Source: Pullulanibacillus camelliae
GTDB taxonomy: Bacteria > Bacillota > Bacilli > Bacillales > Sporolactobacillaceae
Assembly: GCF_014642655.1 (NCBI RefSeq)
Contig: NZ_BMIR01000001.1
Coordinates: 87,518-111,517 of the forward strand
Direction: 5' to 3'
DNA: 24,000 bases
Position 1 is the stretch's first letter. Each line of letters starts with the position of its first letter. Both the position numbers and the translations under genes were made by a program. This document shows positions 1 through 9,778 of the stretch, one piece after another. The notes beneath the pieces were generated by a model. It was not told the DNA's origin. It worked only from the letters and a program-made list of their open reading frames with translations, and made no database searches.

Positions 1-223
1 ACTTGAGGAAAATAGCATCCGTAAATAAGTCCACATAGTTTTTAAACCCTACGAAATTAATGGTTGACCAATCAGCTAACCCTTTTAAATCCATATCTGT
101 AAAGCTAATCACTAGTGCAATGCAAATTGGCAAAATAGCAAATACAATTAGTAAAAGAACTGCTGGAGTAATGAACGTATAAGGATGCCTATTTTTATAC
201 AGGTCTTTGAAAAACTCAGCCAT
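1..223 (-). CDS. Carbohydrate ABC transporter permease (MalF/UgpA type), N-terminal fragment; the gene runs off the window start
   Basis: My own minus-strand translation from the ATG at 223-221 gives MAEFFKDLYKNRHPYTFITPAVLLLIVFAILPICIALVISFTDMDLKGLADWSTINFVGFKNYVDLFTDAIFLK. This is a typical CUT1 permease N-terminus with its first TM helix. GGGTGGGA lies just upstream as an SD. It follows the binding-protein gene on the same strand. Confidence 0.75.
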   Translation of the reverse strand, partial: MAEFFKDLYKNRHPYTFITPAVLLLIVFAILPICIALVISFTDMDLKGLADWSTINFVGFKNYVDLFTDAIFLK

Positions 224-271
224 TGTTATCCCACCCATCTCAATTCTAATATTCCCGATTAAGATATATTT

Positions 272-319
272 AGAAAAAAGAATAAATGGTGCTGGCTCAG
301 GGTTTCTGGACCAGGCACC
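272..319 (-). terminator. Intercistronic stem-loop with a U-rich tail between the binding-protein and permease genes (partial terminator or mRNA stabiliser)
   Basis: On the minus strand GGTGCCTGG...CCAGCACC pairs (about 9 bp with one bulge, plus-strand coordinates 288-319). ATTTATTCTTTTTT follows it. Confidence 0.45.
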
Positions 320-348
320 ACTTATCTAAAGCCTCTTAATAATGGAAA

Positions 349-1581
349 CTATTTATTCATTTCTTCTTTGGCTTGTGCCCTAAAATCATCCAAGGCTTTA
401 TCCATATTTTCGTTTCCTTTGATCGCCTTTTCCAAATTATCATGCATATCTTTTGAAATTGCTTCCCATTGTGTGACTTGTGGCTGAGCCTTGGTATCTT
501 GTAACTGTTCATTAAACACAGATACAATTGGATCATTCTTTAAGCTATCCTCATCATAGGCTGCGGTTCTTGCTGGTAAATCATTAGAGATTTCTCTCCA
601 CTTCAGCTGAGTTTTCACCTTATTCATATACTCGATAAACTTCAGAGATTGATCCACCTTTTTCGTATTGTGGAAGACGACGAAGTTAGATCCGCCCATG
701 ACAGACGTATTCGTGACCTTTTTAGGCAATACGGCAATGCCCCAATCTTTTCCGTAAGTTAAGCCTTGATCTTTAACAGTTTGCACCATCCATGGGCCAC
801 TGATAAACATCGGTTTGATGCCTTTTTTGAAGGCTTGTCCAATATCCAACCCTGTTGTGCTTTGACTAATGCCCTGCTTAAAGAAGTTGGCAAAGTATTT
901 AATCCCATCGTTAAATTCCTTGGTATTAAAGTTCAATTTCCCATCCTTTGTCACAAAGTCACTCCCGTTTTGCCAAGCAAACATAAATGGGGTAATTTGA
1001 TCGTTAAGGTCTAAGTCTAAGCCATAATCCTTATCATTTCTGGCAGCTAGCTTCTTACCAGCATCGACTAACTCATCCCATGTTTTTGGCGGTTCATTAT
1101 AACCAACATTTTGGAGTAAATCCTTGCGATAATAGAGGACCCTTGCTTCTACGTACCATGGAATTCCATAGACCTTGCCATCATACTTCATTGATTCTAC
1201 TGCACCAGGGAAAAAGTTATCTTCATTAAAATCAGGATGGTCTTTCATATACTTTGATAAATCTAACAATGCACCAGCGTCAGCAAATTCTGGCATCCAT
1301 GATGTTCCCATTTGGATGACATCTGGGCCCTTTCCTGAGGCAACGGCTGTTAGCAGTTTATCATGCGCGCTGTCCCAAGGTAAGGATTGGATCTTAACCT
1401 TTATCCCTTCCTCTTTTTCAAAACCAGGCACTAATTTCTTTAAGAGTTTGCCTTCATCACCCATTGCCCATACGGTAATGGTTTTACTATCTCCAGAGCT
1501 GCTATCTGATTTGCCACATGCACTTAAGACAAAGCTAGCAATCAATACGACGGAAAGCAATGACCAAAGCCATTTCTTCAT
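349..1581 (-). CDS. Sugar ABC transporter substrate-binding lipoprotein (solute-binding family 1)
   Basis: 413-aa ORF. The signal peptide has the lipobox LSAC-GK. The fold-typical SBP_bac_1 sequence includes ITVWAMGDEG, GPDVIQMG and GIPWYVEARVLYYRKDLL. I place the start at the second ATG (1581, MKKWLW), 9 nt after AAGGGG. The first ATG at 1590 forms an ATGA overlap with the lacI-family stop but has no SD spacing. Confidence 0.9.
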   Translation of the reverse strand: MKKWLWSLLSVVLIASFVLSACGKSDSSSGDSKTITVWAMGDEGKLLKKLVPGFEKEEGIKVKIQSLPWDSAHDKLLTAVASGKGPDVIQMGTSWMPEFADAGALLDLSKYMKDHPDFNEDNFFPGAVESMKYDGKVYGIPWYVEARVLYYRKDLLQNVGYNEPPKTWDELVDAGKKLAARNDKDYGLDLDLNDQITPFMFAWQNGSDFVTKDGKLNFNTKEFNDGIKYFANFFKQGISQSTTGLDIGQAFKKGIKPMFISGPWMVQTVKDQGLTYGKDWGIAVLPKKVTNTSVMGGSNFVVFHNTKKVDQSLKFIEYMNKVKTQLKWREISNDLPARTAAYDEDSLKNDPIVSVFNEQLQDTKAQPQVTQWEAISKDMHDNLEKAIKGNENMDKALDDFRAQAKEEMNK

Positions 1582-1586
1582 TCTAT

Positions 1587-2594
1587 TCATCCCCTTAATT
1601 TAGTCATTATATCTATCACTGTTTCACGCATAATAAGCTCGGTATGAAGCGTAAACGATTTTTCCGTCTCTTCCCCATCCAATAATTGAAAAATGACATG
1701 TGAGGCAAGCGCCCCCATTTCATATTTAGGATGCTGTACCGTCGTGAGCTTAGGTGCCGTGTATTTCGATTCCAAAATATTATCAAACCCTATTATTGAA
1801 ATATCCTCAGGAACGCGGATGCCTACTTTTTGAAAGTATTCCATAGCACCAAGGGCCATTTCATCATTAGCAACAAAGATTGCCGTTGGCCGCTCATCTT
1901 GAGCCGCTATGATTTTCGCCGCCAGCTCCCCACCTTCTCTTGTAAAGTTTCCCGTGACCTTCCATCTGCTTTGAAAATCAATGTGATGCTCCTGTAAGGC
2001 TTCTAAATAACCTTCAAAGCGCATTTGCCCATCATGTGAATCAGCTGGTCCTCCAATAAAGGCAATATTGTTATGCCCCTTTTGGATTAAGAACGTTGTC
2101 GCTTTGTAACCGCCGTTTTTATTATCAACGATGATGGGGACTGTATGGGCCCTCTCAAGTTGTCGATCGAGTAAAACAATCGGAAAAGCAGGACTCGCAG
2201 ACTTTTCAATCATTTCATTCGTAATATTATGCGCTAAGATGATGCACCCATCGACGCGCCTTTCTGTTAAAAACTTTGCAGCTGTTGAATTTTGCCCTCC
2301 TAAAGAATTACAGGCAATCAAGTCGTAACCATGGTCAACTGCAATATCTTGAACACCTCGTATTAACTCCGAATAGAAGGGACCAGATAAGTCACTTAGA
2401 ATTAACGCAATGGTTTGTGTCTTTGACTTTTTTAAATCTGCGGCAAACCCATTTTTACGGTAGTTTAGCTCCTCCGCTGCTTGTAATACCTTTCTCCGTG
2501 TTTCTTCGCTGACCTTCTTAACACCATTTAATGCATATGAAGCCGTGGAAACAGCAACATTGGCCCTTTTTGCTACATCCTTTATAGTTACCAC
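1587..2594 (-). CDS. LacI family transcriptional regulator
   Basis: 335 aa with a GTG start. The N-terminal HTH is MVTIKDVAKRANVAVSTASYALNG, followed by a periplasmic-binding-protein-like sugar domain. GAGGGTG lies 8 nt upstream. It heads the sugar ABC operon. Confidence 0.9.
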   Translation of the reverse strand: MVTIKDVAKRANVAVSTASYALNGVKKVSEETRRKVLQAAEELNYRKNGFAADLKKSKTQTIALILSDLSGPFYSELIRGVQDIAVDHGYDLIACNSLGGQNSTAAKFLTERRVDGCIILAHNITNEMIEKSASPAFPIVLLDRQLERAHTVPIIVDNKNGGYKATTFLIQKGHNNIAFIGGPADSHDGQMRFEGYLEALQEHHIDFQSRWKVTGNFTREGGELAAKIIAAQDERPTAIFVANDEMALGAMEYFQKVGIRVPEDISIIGFDNILESKYTAPKLTTVQHPKYEMGALASHVIFQLLDGEETEKSFTLHTELIMRETVIDIMTKLRG

Positions 2595-2643
2595 GATATC
2601 AACACCCTCATCTGAAAATCCCTTTTCTATTCATTGTGCTATT

Positions 2644-2656
2644 TGAAACGTTTCGA
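2644..2656. promoter_or_regulatory. LacI-type operator, proximal copy (TGAAACGTTTCGA, core palindrome GAAACGTTTC)
   Basis: A perfect 10-bp palindrome sits about 50 bp upstream of the regulator GTG. The AAACGTTT core is the RbsR/PurR-like class of LacI-family operators. Confidence 0.6.
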
Positions 2657-2905
2657 ATAAAAGCGTAAAATTTTTGTTGAGCCGCTTTCGGTATTAACAG
2701 TGCCTTTCAAAGCGCACACCCGTTTATCCACCGGAGAAGATTCCCGATAATCTTCACCTATTCATCCTCTAATTGTTTCTCTATAATAGCGTATCCGTTC
2801 CAATAGCGTAAAAAATAGAAAACAGAGCCGTTCATGCTACTGCCAATCTTTAATTTTCTATTTTCTCACCTCTTATCTCGAACTATTATCATCGGCATAA
2901 TAAAG

Positions 2906-2918
2906 TGAAACGTTTCGA
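2906..2918. promoter_or_regulatory. LacI-type operator, distal copy (identical 13-mer TGAAACGTTTCGA)
   Basis: The 13-mer is identical to the one at 2644-2656. It lies 9-21 nt downstream of the -10 box of the minus-strand promoter, so it covers the predicted transcription start. Confidence 0.6.
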
Positions 2919-2926
2919 TGTCTCAA

Positions 2927-2955
2927 ATTTTAACCGTTTTCATTTTAAGTGTCAA
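2927..2955 (-). promoter_or_regulatory. Sigma-A-type promoter for the lacI-family/sugar ABC operon
   Basis: The minus strand reads TTGACA (2955-2950), then a 17-nt spacer, then TAAAAT (2932-2927). Confidence 0.6.
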
Positions 2956-3342
2956 CCCTAAAATTAAAATTCTAACAAGCTCACACATTTAGCAGTGGCC
3001 CTAGCGTGTATAGAACGAATGATGTTCATTAGAAAAGCTTTGCTTGTCCCTCTTCGCTTTCGCTTGTCATTCCTGATGGTACGCACTAAGACTAAAAATC
3101 AGATCTTGATGGTGGATACCATAGCTCGTGCTTATACTTTTTTCTTAAACTATGAACGAATTTCATAAATCTTAGCCTTTACAAGATACTCAGGCCACCC
3201 TTTTATTACAAGGAGATATGCGAGACTCCAGCGGAAAGCAAGCATATGTCATTGACCAAAGCTAGGTACTAAATTTTACAAGAAAAACTGAAATTCTATT
3301 TCTGTCAAAAACAATTATGAAATCGATTCACTATACTCTCAA

Positions 3343-3378
3343 AACAAAAAAAGCCTCCACTGGCATGCGAAAGCTTTG
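3343..3378 (-). terminator. Possible rho-independent terminator after the YitT-like gene
   Basis: On the minus strand AAAGCTTTC pairs with GGAGGCTTT (9 bp including 2 G-U pairs, 10-nt loop). TTTTGTTTT follows. Confidence 0.4.
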
Positions 3379-3384
3379 AGTCCG

Positions 3385-3969
3385 CTATTTATTATTCAAA
3401 TCAATAATGCTCGTAGATACCCATTGACCTATCATTGCAAAAAGTACGATTCGCCAATTAATAAGAAACCCTGCCAAAATAAAGACAGCTATATTTAACC
3501 AAAACATCGTACGCCCTGGTGGAAGCTTGCGGGCATTTGCAATCATCAACGCTGGAATAAGTAAACCACCGCTTGACGCGCCATGCTTCACAAGCAACCC
3601 CACCCCCAAGCCAAAAAGAATCGCGCCAAAAAACAGATCGATATACACATCATGCTGCTGAATCGTCATAGTATGATAAATCGTTTGTATCGTATAAGAA
3701 GTGACTGTGACGGAAAACATTGTGCGAAACGTCCAAGCAGCACCAAAGTGATAAAAGGCTAAAACTAAAAAAGAAAAATTGATCAGCCATAGCGCCCAGC
3801 CATGTGGAAGATGGAATATGTGATTCAAAATAATCACTAATCCCGCCGCTCCCCCTGAAGGAATGTGATGAGGAAACAGAAAAAGTGCCATTGCTACACC
3901 TTGAAGCATGGCACCACTTAATAAAATCCCATATCTGGCTACACCGATGAAGGCTGTCGATTGTCGCAT
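3385..3969 (-). CDS. YitT family (DUF161) integral membrane protein, short form
   Basis: 194 aa and polytopic. FLFPHHIPSGGAAGLVIILNH matches the YitT-family motif (F.P..I..GG..G). AAGGAGA lies 9 nt upstream of the ATG. Confidence 0.65.
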   Translation of the reverse strand: MRQSTAFIGVARYGILLSGAMLQGVAMALFLFPHHIPSGGAAGLVIILNHIFHLPHGWALWLINFSFLVLAFYHFGAAWTFRTMFSVTVTSYTIQTIYHTMTIQQHDVYIDLFFGAILFGLGVGLLVKHGASSGGLLIPALMIANARKLPPGRTMFWLNIAVFILAGFLINWRIVLFAMIGQWVSTSIIDLNNK

Positions 3970-4083
3970 TATTCATTATCTCCTTAACAGCAGATGTCCA
4001 AAGCTTCTCCTGCCATCTTATTGTTTTGGAGCAAAGAATATGCTTCACTGTCCATATTTTTCAAATACACTATGTCGCCCATT

Positions 4084-5067
4084 TTAATTATAGGAAACAG
4101 CCTGACGATGCTGTTGAACCCAGCTTTCTTCGAAATTCTTTTTGGATACTTTACGATCCTTGATACCTGCTAAAGGATCATTAAAATAGACATAATCTTG
4201 ATCGTAGCCTGTTAATAACACCGAGTGCTCTTGCATCGTTACCTTCATCGTGCCATGCTTGGTTTTCCAATCCTGCCAATAACTATCGGGTAATTTACGA
4301 AATTGCACATTAGAAATCACCCACACAGGCTTCCCTTTATTCAACTGCTTCTCAATTGTCGCCCAATTACTCCCTGTTAAATCGACGACCCTCTTTCCGA
4401 GATAGTGTTTCGCTAGTTTTGCTACAGGTCCATGATACACAGCGTATCCCGGAGCCCCATGATACATATTTCCAACAAATCCATCATTAGGGTCACCGTA
4501 AATTCCATTCTGCTCAAACGGAACCTTTGTCATTTTATCAGCCAATGTCATTTTATCAACATCGATGCCCGCACTCTGAAGGAGCATATCAAGACTCGTC
4601 ACTTCACATCCATTGGGAAGCTCTGGGAGCTGTTTGACGAGAGGGGCATCAATATGCTTCGATGTCAGAGGGGCAACATCATCAGAAAGAACCCAACCTT
4701 TTTTATCCCCGTGATAAGAAACGTGATACCACTTTTCGCCATCAATACTCGTCTCTTCAAAGGCCGTTACATTTTCATCCTTTTTCAAATCATCAATTTT
4801 ATCCTGATCTGTGTCAGGAACCTCCCTGATACCTGTAGTAGAGGCCGTCACCTCAAGCTGTTTTTGTATTTCTGTCGTTTTAAAATCCGTTGTCTCAATT
4901 TTGCTCTGCACTTTTTCAGGCACTTGCTTCTCAGCACTAGCAGCAGTCGCTTCACTCTTTTGTTCTACTTTCTGAGTGGACTGGGATGTTGAAGTCTCTT
5001 CATTTTGACATGCTGTCATGACACTTGCAGTAATGAGCACTAAAAAAAATGAATACCATTTATTCAT
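4084..5067 (-). CDS. Secreted lipoprotein with an SH3-like domain and a C39-like cysteine peptidase domain (YvpB-like)
   Basis: 327 aa. The lipobox is ITASVMTAC. The segment EKWYHVSYHGDKKGWVLSDDV is SH3b-like. The motif APLVKQLPELPNGCEVTSLDMLL is as in the Peptidase_C39_2/YvpB family. GAGGAGA lies 5 nt upstream. Confidence 0.7.
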   Translation of the reverse strand: MNKWYSFFLVLITASVMTACQNEETSTSQSTQKVEQKSEATAASAEKQVPEKVQSKIETTDFKTTEIQKQLEVTASTTGIREVPDTDQDKIDDLKKDENVTAFEETSIDGEKWYHVSYHGDKKGWVLSDDVAPLTSKHIDAPLVKQLPELPNGCEVTSLDMLLQSAGIDVDKMTLADKMTKVPFEQNGIYGDPNDGFVGNMYHGAPGYAVYHGPVAKLAKHYLGKRVVDLTGSNWATIEKQLNKGKPVWVISNVQFRKLPDSYWQDWKTKHGTMKVTMQEHSVLLTGYDQDYVYFNDPLAGIKDRKVSKKNFEESWVQQHRQAVSYN

Positions 5068-5414
5068 GTCATTCTCCTCTACGCTGGTAAAATTTAGTTT
5101 AAAACCATAATATTCACATATTTTACTATAGAGATGCTTCTCGCTTATACACGTATGACTAATTTTCTATAAGTCTTTCAAAATTTAAAACTGTTATTTT
5201 TTATATTGTATCGAAAAAGCCGCAAATAATCGACCTTAAGCTTCCTAACTAAATACGCGCTATATTTTAGATAACTTTTCTTAAATTTATATTAATAGTC
5301 TCTTCCCTCTTATGCTCCATCATCATTAATATGTTTATCCACTTATTCATTCGGCTAAAATGAAAAGAATATGACTAACACTATGATTTTCTCATTCAAG
5401 GCTTTAAAGACATC

Positions 5415-5436
5415 AACTCCATGTTATAATGGAGTT
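5415..5436 (+). promoter_or_regulatory. Extended -10 promoter (TGTTATAAT, 5422-5430) embedded in a perfect 8-bp inverted repeat
   Basis: AACTCCAT (5415-5422) and ATGGAGTT (5429-5436) flank and overlap the TGnTATAAT box. The box is about 55 nt upstream of the ABC-F start codon. Confidence 0.45.
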
Positions 5437-5460
5437 GACTGTCTAAGTAATGGTGTGTGA

Positions 5461-7083
<1,623 letters not shown>

Positions 7084-7097
7084 AAATCTCGATAAAG

Positions 7098-7122
7098 GCC
7101 GGGCAAATGCCCGGCTCTTTTT
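7098..7122 (+). terminator. Rho-independent terminator of the ABC-F gene
   Basis: GCCGGGC, loop AAAT, GCCCGGC, then TCTTTTT. Confidence 0.85.
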
Positions 7123-7212
7123 GAAAGAAAAGAAATTATAAAATTTCTGGTCATGAGGACGGTGCCGATTTCCACTCCATTAACACTCAAAATTTTATCC
7201 CTGCTTAATGAT

Positions 7213-7242
7213 AAAAAAAACTGCCGAGAAGCCTCTCGACAG
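7213..7242 (-). terminator. Rho-independent terminator of the symporter operon
   Basis: The minus strand reads CTGTCGAGA GGCT TCTCGGCAG (9 bp with one G-U), followed by TTTTTTTT. Confidence 0.8.
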
Positions 7243-7254
7243 CTTTATTAATGT

Positions 7255-8724
7255 CTAATCTTTAGCATCCGTCACCCTGATGCGCATAAATTCCTGTGTT
7301 TTGGAGGATGATGGTGCTCTTGTAAAGAAGCTTACAATGATAAATACAAGAGCCGATACAATCAATCCCCATACCCCTGACCCAAGCTGCAGTGGTGGTT
7401 TCATGCCTGAAAACTCTACAGTAAGAACGACAATAGCCCCGATGACCACACTGGTTATGACGCCAGCCGCCGTCCCCCTTTTCCAAAAAAATGTTCCAAA
7501 AATCGCCGGAACGACAACAATTAGCCCTGCCGATGAAGCAACAGAAAGAACGGAAATCAAATTCAATTGCAGCTCAGCAAAGATAAAGGCCAAAATCGCA
7601 ATGATCGGCAAAACGACTTTGCCAACTTGAAGCTGTTTCCTATCCGACACATCACTTTTTACATTATTGTAGACATCCCTCGAAAAGAGAGAGGACAAGG
7701 TTAAAAGAATCGCATCAATAGTTGAGACCGCTGCTGCTAAAATACCTATCATAACAATAATGCCCAACGCAGTCGGTACCAAGCTTGATGATAGTAGCTT
7801 GGGTGTAGCTAAATCCGCCGTTGCAAGATGGGGAAAATAAGCAAACGCGGAAAACCCCCACAAAACAGACACTAAGGTATAGATAAAGCCAAAAACAAGA
7901 AAGCCCATCAGCATATTGCGCAAGCCTCTTAATGAGCCTGGCATATAAAGGCGCTGGCTGACTTGTGGATTGGACATACTAAAGAAAAACCATGGCAATG
8001 TCAAGCTTAAAAATGTGGTAAAACTAAAGTAACCATTACCAGGTACCGCTAACGATTCAGGATGCTTCTCTTTTAATGTAGTAAAGAAGTGGCCAAACCC
8101 TCCTAGTCCATGAATCACGATTAAAACAACAATAGTAGAGGTGATAATCATGACTATCGCTTGCAAGGCATCGGTCCAAACGACAGAACGAATCCCCGCG
8201 ATCACTGAGAATAAAAGCGCTAATGCCGTAGCCAACACCACGCCAACAGTAAATGGAATGGCATTATTGGTCATCCCTTGAAGTAAGTATCCCACCCCAG
8301 CAAGCTGAACAGCACTATAAGGAATAAGGAAAAGACAATTCGACAAAGCGATAATCATAGCAACGCCTTTACTTTCATAACGATCACCAATCATCTCGGA
8401 TGGTGTGACATAACCATTCTTTTTTCCAATCAACCAAAATTTTGGTCCAAATAGGGCAACAAGTGATACGCCAATAAAATAGACGATCTCAAACCCTAAT
8501 GCCCCGACACCCCCTTGATACGTCAGGCCTGCTAATCCAACCATCATAAAGGCACTATATGTTGTCGCACTATAACTCATGGCAGACATAAATCCATTCA
8601 TTTTTCGCCCACCAAGAAAATAGCCTTCCATATCTGTCAAACTGCCTCGCCTTGAAATCAGCGCCACAAGCAAAGATAAGATGATATAAATAATAACGCC
8701 TAACCACACCCACTGTGTATTCAA
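7255..8724 (-). CDS. Sodium:solute symporter family (SSF) transporter
   Basis: 489 aa with about 13 TM helices. SSF-like stretches include GYFLGGRKMNGF and RSVVWTDALQAIVMI. The start is TTG at 8724, 4-6 nt after GGGGGAAG and 1 nt after the stop of the upstream small ORF, which suggests translational coupling. The substrate cannot be read from the sequence. Confidence 0.85.
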   Translation of the reverse strand: MNTQWVWLGVIIYIILSLLVALISRRGSLTDMEGYFLGGRKMNGFMSAMSYSATTYSAFMMVGLAGLTYQGGVGALGFEIVYFIGVSLVALFGPKFWLIGKKNGYVTPSEMIGDRYESKGVAMIIALSNCLFLIPYSAVQLAGVGYLLQGMTNNAIPFTVGVVLATALALLFSVIAGIRSVVWTDALQAIVMIITSTIVVLIVIHGLGGFGHFFTTLKEKHPESLAVPGNGYFSFTTFLSLTLPWFFFSMSNPQVSQRLYMPGSLRGLRNMLMGFLVFGFIYTLVSVLWGFSAFAYFPHLATADLATPKLLSSSLVPTALGIIVMIGILAAAVSTIDAILLTLSSLFSRDVYNNVKSDVSDRKQLQVGKVVLPIIAILAFIFAELQLNLISVLSVASSAGLIVVVPAIFGTFFWKRGTAAGVITSVVIGAIVVLTVEFSGMKPPLQLGSGVWGLIVSALVFIIVSFFTRAPSSSKTQEFMRIRVTDAKD

Positions 8725-8725
8725 C

Positions 8726-8902
8726 TTACTTCCCCCAATTCCGTGTTACGAAATAATTAAAACCGATAATGACCAGAGCTATAATAGCCCAAAATAAAAA
8801 GCTCCCATACCAAGCATGCACATGCGAAAGCAGTGTATACGGGATGATATACGTTATTAGCACAAAAAAAATAAAGATAATAGCAAGAAACTTTTTTGTC
8901 AT
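8726..8902 (-). CDS. Small two-TM membrane protein coupled to the SSF transporter (DUF3311/YhdT-like accessory subunit)
   Basis: The 58-aa product is MTKKFLAIIFIFFVLITYIIPYTLLSHVHAWYGSFLFWAIIALVIIGFNYFVTRNWGK. AGGGGAAAGGGAGA lies upstream of the ATG at 8902. Small hydrophobic ORFs directly upstream of SSF genes are a known arrangement. The longer 86-aa ORF-track version lacks an SD. Confidence 0.6.
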   Translation of the reverse strand: MTKKFLAIIFIFFVLITYIIPYTLLSHVHAWYGSFLFWAIIALVIIGFNYFVTRNWGK

Positions 8903-9079
8903 AATGTTCTCCCTTTCCCCTCTACGGCATTTTAATATTACATGTGTCATTACACCTATATTTACATAAAACCAGGGAAATGACAATCTATTTACTTATG
9001 AACGAATTTAGTCTCTAATAAATAGCACCCTCCTGATTCCCCACCAAAATAACCACTGATCACTTCTTATAGACCTATT

Positions 9080-9115
9080 GAAAAAATAACTGGCCCACAC
9101 TGTGGGACCAGTTAT
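9080..9115 (-). terminator. Rho-independent terminator overlapping the stop codon of the DUF2512-like gene
   Basis: ATAACTGG...CCAGTTAT forms the outer stem and CCCAC/GTGGG the inner stem. On the minus strand TTTTTT follows. Confidence 0.7.
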
Positions 9116-9501
9116 TTTCCTAGCATAGGGCGACTTTTCATTTCATGACGATCCAATCTTTCCACTAAATATTTATGAAAAAGCCATTCCCCAGCCGCAA
9201 TTATCAGTGCCGAGATCATTGGCTCTCTGACCATAGATACCGCTCTGTCTAAAAAGACATTGCCAAGAATCCAGAGGATAGAAAGTCCTAAAATAAAATC
9301 AATTAAAGTGGCCATCACATTGCCTGCTGTCGATAGAATCCATAAATCTCCGATTAGATAGGCTACCACAGTTAGCACAATGCTCGTCCAAAGGACAGAA
9401 GAAAAGCTCCATTCATAAAATAAACCTGCTACAACATATAACACAGCGAATACCATGATAAATTTAATAAGCAACGGAGCGAAGTGTTTCAGTTTAATCA
9501 C
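9112..9501 (-). CDS. DUF2512 (YndM-like) membrane protein; start codon uncertain
   Basis: The core (L)KHFAPLLIKFIMVFAVLYVVAGLFYEWSF...LIGDLWIL...GNVMATLIDFILG resembles Bacillus YndM as I recall it. The only strong SD (AGAGGAGG, 9502-9509) abuts GTG 9501. The codon at proper spacing is CTG (9492). The N-terminal 40 aa of the ORF-track version (TTG at 9624) has no SD. Confidence 0.6.
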   Translation of the reverse strand: MIKLKHFAPLLIKFIMVFAVLYVVAGLFYEWSFSSVLWTSIVLTVVAYLIGDLWILSTAGNVMATLIDFILGLSILWILGNVFLDRAVSMVREPMISALIIAAGEWLFHKYLVERLDRHEMKSRPMLGK

Positions 9502-9778
9502 CCTCCTCTTTTTTCTACATTGCCCAATCACAAAATACTTATGCTTCACAATACGTAAAACATTATAAGAGGAGCTTGGCTCAGACTTGCTGACTTTCAC
9601 TTTCGTTTCTAATCTATCGCACAAGTGAAGAGGAACTTTCTTATATGTTCAACTGCTTGCTTTTTGTTAGATATCCAAAATATTAAAGCTATCAATAAAA
9701 ATCGCGTCGATTGAGCAAGCCCTTCAAAATAGTATATTTGTGATTATATTGAGGATTTGACTTTCTATATCCACACTA

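Noticed and set aside
1175-1603. A 142-aa plus-strand ORF, together with 766-1014, 2131-2328 and 2276-2512
   Set aside because: These lie entirely antisense within the well-supported binding-protein and LacI-family genes. They have low-complexity or odd composition and no SD.
2644-2918. The two TGAAACGTTTCGA sites considered as CcpA cre sites
   Set aside because: The cre consensus (TGWAANCGNTNWCA) has two more central positions. These sites are 12-nt-type palindromes with an AAACGTTT core, which fits a dedicated LacI-family operator better.
3151-3163. The 13-mer TATGAACGAATTT shared with 8997-9009
   Set aside because: By rough estimate, a handful of chance 13-mer matches are expected in 24 kb of AT-rich DNA when both strands are considered. 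The flanks do not align.
3218-3265. A 15-codon mini-ORF (MRDSSGKQAYVIDQS) with an upstream AAGGAGA and a promoter-like TTTACA-17-TTTTAT
   Set aside because: The SD-to-ATG spacing is only about 2 nt and the -10 box is weak. The peptide has no hydrophobic or known leader-peptide character. It is mentioned only as context in the finding on the ORF-free gap.
3650-4048. A 132-aa minus-strand ORF overlapping the YitT-like gene in another frame
   Set aside because: It overlaps the better-supported YitT-like frame, which has an SD and a hydrophobic TM pattern. Its translation is Cys/Ser/Trp-rich with no recognisable motif.
4432-4992. A 186-aa plus-strand ORF
   Set aside because: It is antisense to the YvpB-like gene. 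It has no SD, and the sequence is rich in Ile, Arg and Phe as expected for an AT-rich antisense frame.
7262-7630. Short ORFs (74 aa on the minus strand, 116 aa on the plus strand) inside the symporter gene
   Set aside because: They are embedded in or antisense to a strongly supported SSF transporter frame.
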